This document shows, one piece after another, positions 28,344-37,196 of a DNA stretch of 64,000 nt (position 1 is the stretch's first letter; each line of letters opens with the position of its first letter). The DNA is from a virus, in the IMG/VR virus record IMGVR_UViG_3300045988_122521; one strand, 5' to 3'. Under the pieces are notes generated by a model. That model was not told the DNA's origin and did not search any database. It saw only the letters and a list, made by a program, of their open reading frames with translations. Made by a program: the position numbers and the translations under genes.

Positions 28344-29072
28344 TCAAAGTCGTAATATTGCCGCAGGGGGAACCCCTGTAAGCACATTGTTCTGGTAGAA
28401 GCCCGTCTCCTGCTCCAGCAGCCATGCCATATTCGACGCCTGCTCCGTCCCCTCGAAGTGATAGGTGCGTATGCTCAGGTCGCCGTCCATGTTCTCCAGA
28501 CTTGCCATCAGGTCTACGAACTCGTACCCAGTCGCCAGCATTTGGTGGAGTATCTGGCAAAAATAGTTGCTGGGAATCTGCCCATCCCACTTCGCCCACC
28601 CTGCCTTGCCATTGGGTGAGCTGGTTTTTATCTCCAAAACACCTTTCCGCCCGTGCTCGTCGGTGATCTCGCCGTCCAGTGTGGCGAATATGTAAGGCCG
28701 CTCCGCCTGATACAGAATGTCGTAGGGGAAGTAATCCACCGTGCAGTTGGGGTGCATGGCGGCGTACAGGCTGCGCAATGCCGGTTCCATCCGCACACCT
28801 CGGCTCACCGCCGCGCTGCCGCTCAGGTCCCTTGCTTTCTCTGCGCCCACTTTCAGCCGCCACAGTTCCAGTTTCGACATCCACGGGGACATCCCCACCA
28901 CCGCGGCAGCTTCACTGGCGCCGATGCCCTGCATCCGTCCTTCCAGCCATTCCTCCCTGGTCTCAAAGTGCAGTCGCTCCGTTTCCTCCATCTCCTTCCT
29001 GCAAACAAAAAGAGCGCCGCCAAACAGTTCGGAATTTCCGAACCACTCGACGACGCTCCGCCCTTCTGCCAA
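28344..29072 (-). CDS. YqaJ-type (lambda-exonuclease-like) recombination exonuclease
   Basis: REEWLEGRMQGIGASEAAAVVGMSPWMSKLELW is a YqaJ N-terminal pattern. Start uncertain: TTG at 29072, or ATG at 28991. Confidence 0.7.
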   Translation of the reverse strand: MAEGRSVVEWFGNSELFGGALFVCRKEMEETERLHFETREEWLEGRMQGIGASEAAAVVGMSPWMSKLELWRLKVGAEKARDLSGSAAVSRGVRMEPALRSLYAAMHPNCTVDYFPYDILYQAERPYIFATLDGEITDEHGRKGVLEIKTSSPNGKAGWAKWDGQIPSNYFCQILHQMLATGYEFVDLMASLENMDGDLSIRTYHFEGTEQASNMAWLLEQETGFYQNNVLTGVPPAAILRL

Positions 29073-29092
29073 ACTGACTTATGGCAGGTACG

Positions 29093-29227
29093 CTATTTGG
29101 TTTTTACCTCTGCCCTGCTAACCTTAACGATTTTCACGCCATCCTTTAGGGGTATCAGTTCAATGCGAAAGTTCTTCGCCAGTGCCGCATTGATCGCCGC
29201 GACCTGCTCCGCTGTTATTCCTGCCAT
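29093..29227 (-). CDS. Small hypothetical protein
   Basis: Start MAGITAEQVAAINAAL. 44 aa. Confidence 0.35.
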   Translation of the reverse strand: MAGITAEQVAAINAALAKNFRIELIPLKDGVKIVKVSRAEVKTK

Positions 29228-29243
29228 CTTTTCTTCCTTTCCC

Positions 29244-29432
29244 TCACTCAAAAAGCCCCAGGGCTTTACAGCTTGTCCACACGCCCACAAGGGCGAATCC
29301 CGCGAGAAGCAGCAGCCATAACGAGCCGCCGTTCTCCACTTCTCCGATGACGCCCCACGCCAGAAATGCGCTCACGCCCAGCAGAATCTTCCACTTCCGG
29401 CCGCGCCGGCGCTCATTCCGCGTCCTGCTCAT
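29244..29432 (-). CDS. Small membrane protein
   Basis: 62 aa. Basic N-terminus followed by two hydrophobic segments. Confidence 0.4.
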   Translation of the reverse strand: MSRTRNERRRGRKWKILLGVSAFLAWGVIGEVENGGSLWLLLLAGFALVGVWTSCKALGLFE

Positions 29433-29583
29433 CCTCAGCCTCCTCCATGTAATCCTCTCCGCACACGGGGCAAAGATATTCTCTGCGTGTTTCCCAGCCG
29501 TTTTCCCCGTCCAGGTTCTCTTTCGTCACGCAGACCACCGGCGTGTCAAATTTCACGCCGCAGATCAAACACCGCCAGCTCAT
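29413..29583 (-). CDS. Small zinc-ribbon protein
   Basis: MSWRCLICG....CPVCG, with an acidic tail. ATGA overlap with the upstream stop. Confidence 0.45.
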   Translation of the reverse strand: MSWRCLICGVKFDTPVVCVTKENLDGENGWETRREYLCPVCGEDYMEEAEDEQDAE

Positions 29584-29825
29584 AGCGTTATGGCGGCGCG
29601 AAGGTCTTCGATGGGGATGTGCAGTTTGCGGCAAGCCTTTTGCAGCTCGCCCAGCGTGAAGTCCAGTGGGGATTTCCTACGACGAAGCAGCGTGTGCGGC
29701 TTCATGCCCAGTGCCTCGGCCAGCTCCTGCTTCTGAACGCCCTCCCGTTCCAGTGCGCCGTACAGCAGCGTCACGATCTTGTCCTCCGTGGGATTCTTTG
29801 TGTCCAAATACGTCACTCTCGGCAT
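29580..29825 (-). CDS. Small putative DNA-binding protein
   Basis: Start MPRVTYLDTKNP. HTH-like QKQELAEALGMKPHTLLRR. Confidence 0.45.
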   Translation of the reverse strand: MPRVTYLDTKNPTEDKIVTLLYGALEREGVQKQELAEALGMKPHTLLRRRKSPLDFTLGELQKACRKLHIPIEDLRAAITL

Positions 29826-30613
29826 ACCTGCACCCTCCTGTCCATGACCGCCTCGATGCCACGGGCGGTCAAAATTTCGTGGATCATGAGCCGCCCCTTT
29901 TGCGTCCACTGCGTCTGCATGATGGTGTCGGGTCGTCCATCAGAGCGGATGATCTGGATGGTCTTGGACTTGGTATAGCCCCTGCCCATGTGCTTGGCGT
30001 ACAAAAGCCACTGACCATTCACATTCCGCTGGATACCGCCGTCGTGGAGTATCTTGTTGAGTTTCTGCGCCGTCAGGCCGTAATCCGCCGCGATTTGCGA
30101 GGTAGCCATTGTTCCCTTACTCTCCAAGATGGTGTCCACATACTGCCGGATGGGTTCAAAGTCAGCGATAACCTGTGCCTGCTGCTGGTTCTCCACAAGG
30201 AGCCGCAGTTTTGCTTCTTCCGCATCCGCCAAGGCGCGGAGGGCGGCGGGGTAATCCTTGGGCAGCGCATAGCCGCCGGTCTTGCGGATAGATGGCAGGA
30301 CTTCCTTTGTTACCCAGTCCGTGAATTTCTCCGCCGTGGGAAGTTTGGAGCTAAACACGAGGCGGTACAAGTCGCTCTCCGGGATGAAAGACATTTCCGA
30401 CTTTTGTTCTGTTGTTACACCATGTTGGTTTGTGGTCAAGGAGACCCCGTCGCGTTTCACGACACCCCTACAATGGCGGGAAATGGCATCGCGGGGGTTG
30501 CTGTATCCCAGTGCCCGCGCCGTGTCAGTGGCGCAGAAAAGGATAATACCGTTTTCCTCGATGGTGCGAATGCTGCCGAACTCCGGGTTATTGAATACCT
30601 GCATCTCGTTCAT
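29813..30613 (-). CDS. Antirepressor (Bro-N + KilA-C-like)
   Basis: MQVFNNPEFGSIRTIEENG..FCATDTARALGYSNPRDAI is a Bro-N pattern. The C-half resembles phage antirepressor KilAC. Confidence 0.75.
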   Translation of the reverse strand: MNEMQVFNNPEFGSIRTIEENGIILFCATDTARALGYSNPRDAISRHCRGVVKRDGVSLTTNQHGVTTEQKSEMSFIPESDLYRLVFSSKLPTAEKFTDWVTKEVLPSIRKTGGYALPKDYPAALRALADAEEAKLRLLVENQQQAQVIADFEPIRQYVDTILESKGTMATSQIAADYGLTAQKLNKILHDGGIQRNVNGQWLLYAKHMGRGYTKSKTIQIIRSDGRPDTIMQTQWTQKGRLMIHEILTARGIEAVMDRRVQVCRE

Positions 30614-30813
30614 TTCGTAAGCCCTCCCCTGAGAAGTTCGTCTATCGTGCAGCCGTACATATCCGAAATCTTCAGTAACGTATCTGCCGAAGGCTTATAC
30701 AAGTCACATTCCCAACTGGATACGGTTACGCGACTTACTCCAAGTTTTGCCGCAGCCTCTTCTTGAGAAAGGCCCGCCTTAATGCGCGCCAGTTTGAAAC
30801 CATTTACTTTCAA
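30610..30813 (-). CDS. Cro-like XRE-family HTH regulator
   Basis: 67 aa, LSQEEAAAKLGVSRVTVSSWE. Divergent from the CI-like gene. Confidence 0.75.
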   Translation of the reverse strand: MKVNGFKLARIKAGLSQEEAAAKLGVSRVTVSSWECDLYKPSADTLLKISDMYGCTIDELLRGGLTK

Positions 30814-31068
30814 TTCTTCACTCTCCTAACCTTTTTCACTTCGCGCAACAAAGCTTTGCTTAGCGCGGCTTGACAATTTGCTAAGAATGTGATTTAATAC
30901 AGTTTGTCTGGAACCATATTTAACGCAATCTTTGCATCACTGCATCCGCTTCGTATGCGCCTTGCTTTTCACTTCGCATACTTAGTATATCACTTCGTAT
31001 TGCTAAGTCAAGGGGTTTGGGAGAGGTTGCGTCCGTTTCTATATTTTGCACAAAAAAGGAGCCAATTT
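30814..31068. promoter_or_regulatory. Lysogeny-switch intergenic region with repeated operator-like motifs
   Basis: CACTTCG(C/T) occurs 3x (30837, 30970, 30991). TTGCT(A/T)AG occurs 3x (30856, 30878, 31000). Plus-strand promoter TTGACA(30870)-17 nt-TTTAAT(30893). Confidence 0.5.
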
Positions 31069-31416
31069 ATGGACATTACGACAATGCTCTACCGCATAGA
31101 CTGCCTTGTAAAAGCCAAGGGGTGGACGAAGGAGGAATTTTACGCGATGGTGCCTATTTCTTCCTCCGCCGTTGCCCAGTGGAAAAGCAAAGGCCGTGTG
31201 CCAAAAGACGTCAATATCTTGCGTATGGCCGAGATTTTGGAGGTTGACCCTGATTATTTGCGCTGTAAAGACCTTAAGGAAAGCACAAAGCCCGCAGATC
31301 TTTCGACCAACGAGCTTCATGCCGCACTTATGAATGTCCTTATAGGGCTTTCCACCAGCGAAGTAGCAGACGTTATTTCTTATGCTGCAAAGCTAAGAGC
31401 ATCTCATAAAGACTAA
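31069..31416 (+). CDS. CI-like XRE-family repressor (putative)
   Basis: Start MDITTMLYRID with an AAGGAG RBS. HTH ..SAVAQWKSKGRVP.. Divergent from cro-like. Confidence 0.65.
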   Translation: MDITTMLYRIDCLVKAKGWTKEEFYAMVPISSSAVAQWKSKGRVPKDVNILRMAEILEVDPDYLRCKDLKESTKPADLSTNELHAALMNVLIGLSTSEVADVISYAAKLRASHKD

Positions 31417-31646
31417 TCATATCTTCTCTTGTCATTCCGTCCAACAATTTCCTTGCTTCCTGTTCGTTCATTTCTCTACCCCCCTCGTATGTCGTTTTGT
31501 GGCGTCTGCTTGGTTCAATCGTACTCTATGTGCGCCACGGTGTCTACGTTCATTTTGGGGAATCGCTCCCCGATTTGGGTAATTGTCCCCCAAATATGGG
31601 CTTTTATGGATGAAATAGTATCCGTTACCGAAGAAAGGGGAAAATC

Positions 31647-32258
31647 ATGTCAGAAATTCAGGAACTTGCACAGCATATTCAGGACTTCCCTGCCCTTGTC
31701 CATAAAGCCAGAATGGATAAGGGCATCACCAACGAGGAACTGGCCGAACTGTCCGGCATCAGCTATTCCGCCGTCTGCAAAATGCAGTCCGGTGAGCGCG
31801 ATCCAAAACTGTACGATGCTGTCGCGGTGATGAAAGCCGTCGGCATATCCGCCGACCAAGTGTTTGACATCCAGCCTCCCGCATCAGCTCCGTCCGCCAT
31901 GCAGGAACGCATCCACGAGCTGGAGTTGGATAACGCCGTCAGCTCCGGCGACGTGGTGCGCCTGAAGCAGGTCAACGGACTTTGCACCCAGCGCTTGGAT
32001 GCCGTTATCCGCCAGCGCGATCATTACAAACGCTGGTCTGTGTTTTCTTCAATTTTTTCCGCGATCCTATCCCTGTTCTTAATTGTTTATCTTCTTTTCG
32101 ACTTCCGCAATCCCCATGCCGGTTTCATCCTCCGAGACGGACCTTCAGCGTTTGCGTGGCTTGTCATCCTCCTTGTGTCTATTTCTATCGGCGTGTGCAG
32201 CATTGTCGGATACTGCGTGCTGCGCGATACTGCAAAGAAGACCTCACTCCGAAAATAG
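31647..32258 (+). CDS. Membrane-anchored HTH protein (lysogeny-module accessory)
   Basis: N-terminal HTH (ITNEELAELSGISYSAVCKMQSGER) plus two C-terminal hydrophobic helices. Confidence 0.55.
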   Translation: MSEIQELAQHIQDFPALVHKARMDKGITNEELAELSGISYSAVCKMQSGERDPKLYDAVAVMKAVGISADQVFDIQPPASAPSAMQERIHELELDNAVSSGDVVRLKQVNGLCTQRLDAVIRQRDHYKRWSVFSSIFSAILSLFLIVYLLFDFRNPHAGFILRDGPSAFAWLVILLVSISIGVCSIVGYCVLRDTAKKTSLRK

Positions 32259-32358
32259 AACGGCAGTTCTACCGCGTTCTACATTATATTCCACAAGTTC
32301 ATTGGATTCGATGAACAATTTTCACAAGTTTCTTGTTAATTTTTGCCAAAAAAAGAGA

Positions 32359-32383
32359 AAGCCGCCCAATCGGACGGCTTTTC
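32359..32383 (+). terminator. Rho-independent terminator
   Basis: AAGCCG-loop-CGGCTT followed by TTTT. Confidence 0.5.
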
Positions 32384-32466
32384 CATATAAGCTCTATTCC
32401 CGCCAACACCATCACGAGTCTTAAAGAAAGGAGCCTACAACAGTAGGGTAACACAAAAATATCAAA

Positions 32467-33621
32467 ATGTCAACGAAGTGCAAGTCCTGTAAGCGCGAAG
32501 TCCCCGACAACGCTACGTTCTGCCCCTGGTGCGGTCAGAAGCAGGTGCGGGAGCGCAAAAAGGACGGTATTATCAAAGTCCCGGAGCCCAAACAGCTTCC
32601 TTCCGGCAACTGGCATATCTATCTCGCCGCCGAAAAGCGATCTGTCACCGAAACGACAAAAGACCGATGTATTGCAAAAGCAAAAGCCGTCCGCGCAGGT
32701 TTTGTGGAGCAGCAAAAGAAACTGCCGGCCTTAACATGGTCTAAGGCCATAGATCAATATATTGCCGACCGTTCCGAGTCTCTTTCCCCTGAAACTATAC
32801 GAGGATACCGAATCATTCAGCGAAATCGCTTTCAGGACATTATGCAAAAGCCTATAAGCACACCAGTCAACTGGCAAGCGGAAATCAATGCCGCACTTTC
32901 CGTTCTGGCCGATAAGTCCGTAAAAAACGCATGGGGACTTATGACTACCGTTATGCAAGCAAACGAAATGACGGTTCCCCGCGTCCTGTTCCCTGTGCCG
33001 GAAAAGCGCGAGCGCCAGTTTCTTGACCCCCAACAGATCATTGCGTTTTGCGATGCGGCAAAAGGTGATTCCTGTGAGATTCCCATGCTGCTGGGGCTTC
33101 ACGGCTTGCGAATGTCTGAAATTAAGGCGCTGCGTTTCCCAGAGAGTTTTGACATCAAGAACGGCAATGTTCTTATTTCCGGCGCTGTCGTACGCGACGA
33201 GCACAACAAAGAGGTTTTCAAAAGGCGCAACAAAACAAAGCAGTCCACCAGAATAATTCCAATCATGATCCCGCGCCTTAGAGAGTTGCTTGAGCTGCAA
33301 AGGGAAAGCGGCTACATTGTACGACAAATGCCCAGTACCATTAACCGGCACATACACATTATCGCTGAAAAAGCGGGACTGCCCAGCATCACAGAGCATT
33401 GCTTGCGCCACTCCTTTGCATCCCTTGGCTACCACTTGCGCCTTTCGGAAATCGAAGTCATGAGCATGGGGGGATGGTCGGACAGTTCTACCGTCCATAA
33501 CATTTACCTGCACCTCGCCCAGCGGGACCGTCTGAAAGCGGAAAACAAGATGGCGAAATTCTACCGTACCGCAGAGAAACTTCCCGCCGCCCACGGCACA
33601 AACCAAGAGCAAAAGAGATGA
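32467..33621 (+). CDS. int: Tyrosine integrase with N-terminal zinc ribbon
   Basis: CKSCK..CPWCG zinc ribbon. Catalytic contexts LRMSE (R), HCLRHSF (HxxR), GGWSD, NIYLH (Y). Confidence 0.85.
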   Translation: MSTKCKSCKREVPDNATFCPWCGQKQVRERKKDGIIKVPEPKQLPSGNWHIYLAAEKRSVTETTKDRCIAKAKAVRAGFVEQQKKLPALTWSKAIDQYIADRSESLSPETIRGYRIIQRNRFQDIMQKPISTPVNWQAEINAALSVLADKSVKNAWGLMTTVMQANEMTVPRVLFPVPEKRERQFLDPQQIIAFCDAAKGDSCEIPMLLGLHGLRMSEIKALRFPESFDIKNGNVLISGAVVRDEHNKEVFKRRNKTKQSTRIIPIMIPRLRELLELQRESGYIVRQMPSTINRHIHIIAEKAGLPSITEHCLRHSFASLGYHLRLSEIEVMSMGGWSDSSTVHNIYLHLAQRDRLKAENKMAKFYRTAEKLPAAHGTNQEQKR

Positions 33622-33687
33622 TTTTCGATATGAATTTCAATACGCCAAAAACAAACCCTGTATTCATGCGGTTTTTAAGCCGTTTTT

Positions 33688-33716
33688 CAGGGGTTCAAGT
33701 CCCCCCACTCCGACCA
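33688..33716 (+). other. tRNA 3'-end fragment (att core candidate)
   Basis: T arm GGGGTTCAAGTCCCC plus acceptor strand CACTCCG-A-CCA. No complementary CGGAGTG 5' half within about 100 nt upstream. Confidence 0.6.
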
Positions 33717-33729
33717 TAAAAAGGAGATG

Positions 33730-33757
33730 CCCGCAACCGTTGTGGTTGCGGGTTTTT
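33730..33757 (+). terminator. Rho-independent terminator after the tRNA fragment
   Basis: CCCGCAACC-GTTG-TGGTTGCGGG followed by TTTTT. Confidence 0.65.
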
Positions 33758-33880
33758 CTTGTATTCATGCGGGTTTTCAGGGTTTTGCAAAAAACCATCT
33801 TTTGCCGAAGCAGTCTAAAAAACGCCGCTCATATTCAAAAAATAATCAGTAATTTTCGATATGAATTTCGATATGAAAAA

Positions 33881-33910
33881 CCAGCCCCGTTGTCGGAGCT
33901 GGTTTTCTTT
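33881..33910. terminator. Bidirectional hairpin terminator
   Basis: CCAGC..GCTGG stem flanked by an A-run and a T-run. Lies at the 3' end of the minus-strand 3D-domain gene. Confidence 0.45.
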
Positions 33911-34568
33911 ATCTCTGTTCATCACACCACCACACAGTTTCGTGCCGCACACCCGCCGTCTGCGCCTCCTCGTGGGTCATTAAGATGTCAACATGGTTTC
34001 CCCTCACGCCCACGTCCAGGGCTATGTATGTCTTGTCTCCGATGATGACTGTGCTGCCGGTCGGTATCACGTCCGGGTCGGTCGCCACGCAGGAGCCGGG
34101 ATATACCCACTGGCCGCTGGCGGTCAACACCCGGCCTAACTCGTCCTGGTTCATGTGTGCGTACTTCTCAACGCAGTCTGCACAATAGCCGGTAATAATG
34201 CAGTCCTCCAGCACGTTGCTTTTGGCCTTTATCGCCTCCCGTATACGCTCGGCCTCATCCGGGGATTCTTCTGCTATATCGTCCGCGTCGCTGTCTGCGA
34301 TGGCAGCCGCTCCCCATTCTAAGCGCAGGACGGTGTTCGTGGCTTCTACCGGCGCTTTGTCCTCTGCATTGGCTCTCCACGGAGCGATCAGCGCGAAGAT
34401 CAGGAAAACCAGCAGTACAGCCTCCAGCAGCAGGTGCTTGTGTTCCCGACGCACAACGCGGCGATACTCCGACCGCATAACAACAAACGGTCCGGGGCAT
34501 AGGCCGAGAGCGGCGGCGCGTGTGATGTTGTCGCTCATAGCGTTATAGATGATTTGTTCCCGTTTCAT
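33909..34568 (-). CDS. 3D-domain cell-wall-binding/lytic protein, membrane anchored
   Basis: C-terminal 3D-domain pattern VATDPDVIPTGSTVII......DVG..G.HVDI. One N-terminal TM helix. Start MKREQIIY with a GAGGAG RBS. Confidence 0.65.
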   Translation of the reverse strand: MKREQIIYNAMSDNITRAAALGLCPGPFVVMRSEYRRVVRREHKHLLLEAVLLVFLIFALIAPWRANAEDKAPVEATNTVLRLEWGAAAIADSDADDIAEESPDEAERIREAIKAKSNVLEDCIITGYCADCVEKYAHMNQDELGRVLTASGQWVYPGSCVATDPDVIPTGSTVIIGDKTYIALDVGVRGNHVDILMTHEEAQTAGVRHETVWWCDEQR

Positions 34569-34701
34569 TTGTCTTATCCTTCTCCTCATACAGCGGACAC
34601 CCGCAGTTCACAAAATCAGCGCAATACGGGCTATCCCCGTTGCAGCACGCCCACGTCCATTCCTCGTGCCATTTGCAGCCGACACAGCATTTGCTTTTCA
34701 T
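34543..34701 (-). CDS. Small Cys-rich protein
   Basis: 52 aa, MKSKCCVGCKWHEEWTWACCNGDSPYCADFVNCGCPLY.., found by hand translation. ATGA overlap with the upstream stop. Confidence 0.35.
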   Translation of the reverse strand: MKSKCCVGCKWHEEWTWACCNGDSPYCADFVNCGCPLYEEKDKTNETGTNHL

Positions 34702-34901
34702 GTCCTCACCTTCTTACTCAGTCTGTTCCAGCTTGCCGTAGCGGCGCTCTGGCTCCACCCTGACAGAGTGAAACCGCAGCTCGCGCAGCGCACATAATAC
34801 CTTTCCGGCACATGAATACCGATTTTGCGCTCCCCGCTGTCTCTTCCGCAGTGGGGGCAAACCTCCAGTTTCCCTCGCGGCTGTCTGTTGTACTGGTTCA
34901 T
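34698..34901 (-). CDS. Lar-family restriction-alleviation-like zinc-ribbon protein
   Basis: The pattern LEVCPHCG....VRCASCGF......SAATASWNR matches the Lar family. GGAGG RBS. Confidence 0.5.
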   Translation of the reverse strand: MNQYNRQPRGKLEVCPHCGRDSGERKIGIHVPERYYVRCASCGFTLSGWSQSAATASWNRLSKKVRT

Positions 34902-35281
34902 GTCCTGTCCTCCGTTTGCCCGCAAACAGGCAAGACCTCAAGTTTCCCCGTTTTCGGGTTATAATACGTTTTACACTGACTCTTGAGGATACGGATACAC
35001 CAAGCATACGGCTTATCATCGTCAACGACGCCGATGGGAAAGCCATCGTAATAAAAATAGTTTTGATCGATCGCCAAGCGCGCTTTGTTTCTCTGCTCCC
35101 AAACAGGATTCTGCACACTGCTTCTTGCATTGCGCGGAGGATTCCCCTCCAAAGGCTTGTTCGGCTGATACCCCTGATACCCCTGCCGTCCATGCCCATT
35201 GTTTTTGAAAACGAGGCCGATAAATGCGGCGAACCCGCCGATCAGAACGAGGCCGACGAGGACGCCCAAAACAGTTTCCAT
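34898..35281 (-). CDS. Membrane-anchored hypothetical protein
   Basis: N-terminal TM helix METVLGVLVGLVLIGGFAAFIGLVF. 127 aa. Confidence 0.5.
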   Translation of the reverse strand: METVLGVLVGLVLIGGFAAFIGLVFKNNGHGRQGYQGYQPNKPLEGNPPRNARSSVQNPVWEQRNKARLAIDQNYFYYDGFPIGVVDDDKPYAWCIRILKSQCKTYYNPKTGKLEVLPVCGQTEDRT

Positions 35282-35334
35282 TATGTTTTCCTCCTCACAT
35301 ATGTGTGTTTTTGTCTACACCGATATAGTCGCTT

Positions 35335-36015
35335 TCACCACATCCTGACCTGCGCCGTATGCTCCGCAAACCGCTGCTCCTGCAGCCGGAAATATGTCGG
35401 CTCGATCTCGCACCCGACAAACTCAAAGCCAAGATCGTAGGCCGCTATTCTGCTGCTTCCGCTGCCGAGGTGCGTATCCAATATGCGCCAACCTTCTTTG
35501 GCGTACTTCTGCATCAGCCACTCGTACAACGCCACGGGCTTTTGCGTGGGATGGATGCGCTTTTCATTCAGCGCCTTATTCCCCTGCTGGGTCGTGCCTT
35601 CGGTGATGCTTTTCCCTTGGAACATACCGTTCCACATATACCGAAAGATGCGCACGCTGTCGTGACAGTTTGTGGCCGCCAACTCACAATCTGAAAAAGA
35701 ACTGTTTTCGTTGCACTTGTCCCAGACGATACGACCGGGCGGGAAAACGACATCAAAGTAATTGCAGCCCCATACGATATATTTTTTCGCCACGCGCACC
35801 AACTCGGAAAAGTAGTCGATGCCCGGCACATCCCACTTCGGGGATATGGGATAGTCCCGGTGTACGCCGATGGGGCTGACCTTGCAGCCGTAATACCCTC
35901 TGCGTTCCGGGCCGGTGAAATACGGCGGGTCTACAATGGCAAGGTCAAACGCCTTATCCGGTAGCGCCCGCATATACTCCATGCAGTCCACGTTCAATGC
36001 GATCTGCGCGCTCAT
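35335..36015 (-). CDS. DNA methyltransferase, N4/N6 (beta-class, DPPY)
   Basis: LAIVDPPYF, then HPTQKPVALYEWLMQKY and ILDTHLGSGSSRIAA. ATGA-coupled start. Confidence 0.85.
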   Translation of the reverse strand: MSAQIALNVDCMEYMRALPDKAFDLAIVDPPYFTGPERRGYYGCKVSPIGVHRDYPISPKWDVPGIDYFSELVRVAKKYIVWGCNYFDVVFPPGRIVWDKCNENSSFSDCELAATNCHDSVRIFRYMWNGMFQGKSITEGTTQQGNKALNEKRIHPTQKPVALYEWLMQKYAKEGWRILDTHLGSGSSRIAAYDLGFEFVGCEIEPTYFRLQEQRFAEHTAQVRMW

Positions 36016-36263
36016 TCCATGTACTCCCTCCACTTCTTATCCAGCCCCTTCGCCCGTAGTGTCCTGCCATTCATGGTGTACTGGCGCATCCGAAGCATAA
36101 AACTTTCCTCGTGGCAGCGGTCGCAGTAACCGTGCGTGGCTATGTCCTTCATGCGGTTCCTCTGCTGCTCGTGCGTCAGGTACACGATGTACTCCGCTTC
36201 CATCTCCTTGATGCACTTGGGGCACAGCTTGGCGGTGCGGACCGTCCAGATGGCCTTATCCAT
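36012..36263 (-). CDS. Zinc-ribbon hypothetical protein
   Basis: Start MDKAIWTVRTAKLCPKC...CDRC. 83 aa. Confidence 0.45.
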   Translation of the reverse strand: MDKAIWTVRTAKLCPKCIKEMEAEYIVYLTHEQQRNRMKDIATHGYCDRCHEESFMLRMRQYTMNGRTLRAKGLDKKWREYME

Positions 36264-36624
36264 TGGGGAGTTCTTTCCTTTCACGCATTCTTTTCTCAAC
36301 GGAAGCTACAGCGTGGAGGATGTCGTAAGTGTCAACCCGTGAAAGAGGGTCAACGGTAATGACGTCCTTCCCGATGTATCTCGCATAGTCGTACTCCAAT
36401 TTTGCCCCCTTGCTCACCTGCCATCCGAGCTGGAAAAGAACCACATCGGCGCTCTCCAGCATGGCGAAGCAAATACGCATATAGTCGGCCGGCTTCATAC
36501 CCTCCGGCAGCTCCGCCGGATTTAGGACGGTGTGCCCCGCCTCCTGCAGCATGGCCGCCGTAGCCTTGAACTGTGCCTTATAATGCGGATTGCCTGTGAT
36601 ACGTCCTGCTATATAGATTTTCAT
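36256..36624 (-). CDS. DUF4406 / nucleoside 2-deoxyribosyltransferase-like protein
   Basis: MKIYIAGRITGNPHYKAQF...L...GH.VLNPA......YM..C...L..ADVV..L.GW..S.GA..E matches the DUF4406 pattern. Confidence 0.6.
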   Translation of the reverse strand: MKIYIAGRITGNPHYKAQFKATAAMLQEAGHTVLNPAELPEGMKPADYMRICFAMLESADVVLFQLGWQVSKGAKLEYDYARYIGKDVITVDPLSRVDTYDILHAVASVEKRMRERKELPNG

Positions 36625-36635
36625 TTCTCCATTTC

Positions 36636-37196
36636 CTACTCCAGTTTGTCCAGAGCCTTTCCGATGAGTTTCCAGCGGTCAACGCCAATGTCCCGCGCCT
36701 CCAGCAGGCCACGCCGCACCACGTCAGGGGCCACCTTGCCGCCGGTAGCGTCGGACACTCTCTGTGCCCAGCCAAGTTTCGTTCTTTGCTGGTAGGCTTG
36801 TAGCCGTATAAAAACCTCCCGCTTGATCTCCGCCATCGCGCCCTTGGGCTTAAACGGCGTGGCGGGTTCGGTCGGCTGCGGTGCTGGGTCTGGATGGGAT
36901 TCGTTGCCATCACGCTGTCCGCTTTCCTCCTGTACCTGCACAAACGCGCCAATGGGGCGAATATCGTCCTTGTTGAGTATTTTTATCGCTGGTACGCCCT
37001 CCGGTACGACCGTATAGATGGCGTCCTCATTCTCCACGCCCAGCGCAGGAAACTCCTCGACGGCGTAGGACGTGATGACATCCTCCGGCAGCACCAGCAC
37101 GCCCCGCACCAGCCCCTCTATGATATAGTTGGTTACGCCCTGCACTATCTGCATACCGCCCTTCACGCGGACAATCAGCACCTTTCGTTCCGTCAT
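36636..37196 (-). CDS. Hypothetical protein
   Basis: 186-aa ORF. Confidence 0.5.
   Translation of the reverse strand: MTERKVLIVRVKGGMQIVQGVTNYIIEGLVRGVLVLPEDVITSYAVEEFPALGVENEDAIYTVVPEGVPAIKILNKDDIRPIGAFVQVQEESGQRDGNESHPDPAPQPTEPATPFKPKGAMAEIKREVFIRLQAYQQRTKLGWAQRVSDATGGKVAPDVVRRGLLEARDIGVDRWKLIGKALDKLE

Larger units (their letters stand above)
1..33720. mobile_element. Temperate phage genome segment (late + early genes on minus strand, lysogeny switch and integrase at right end); continues left of the window
   Basis: Collinear modules: terS-like/terL/portal/scaffold/capsid. Then RecT/YqaJ/DnaB/replisome organizer, a divergent Cro/CI-like HTH pair, and an integrase followed by a tRNA 3' fragment. 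Confidence 0.8.
33623..33877 (+). repeat. att-region repeat set (arm-type candidate sites)
   Basis: TTTCGATATGAA/TTTCAATACGCC at 33623-33646 and TTTCGATATGAA x2 at 33854-33877. GTATTCATGCGG at 33660 and 33761. Confidence 0.55.

Noticed and set aside
33640-33716. Complete tRNA gene downstream of the integrase.
   Set aside because: Only the T arm and the 3' acceptor strand are present. The required CGGAGTG 5' strand and the D and anticodon arms are absent. It is treated as an att-core fragment.
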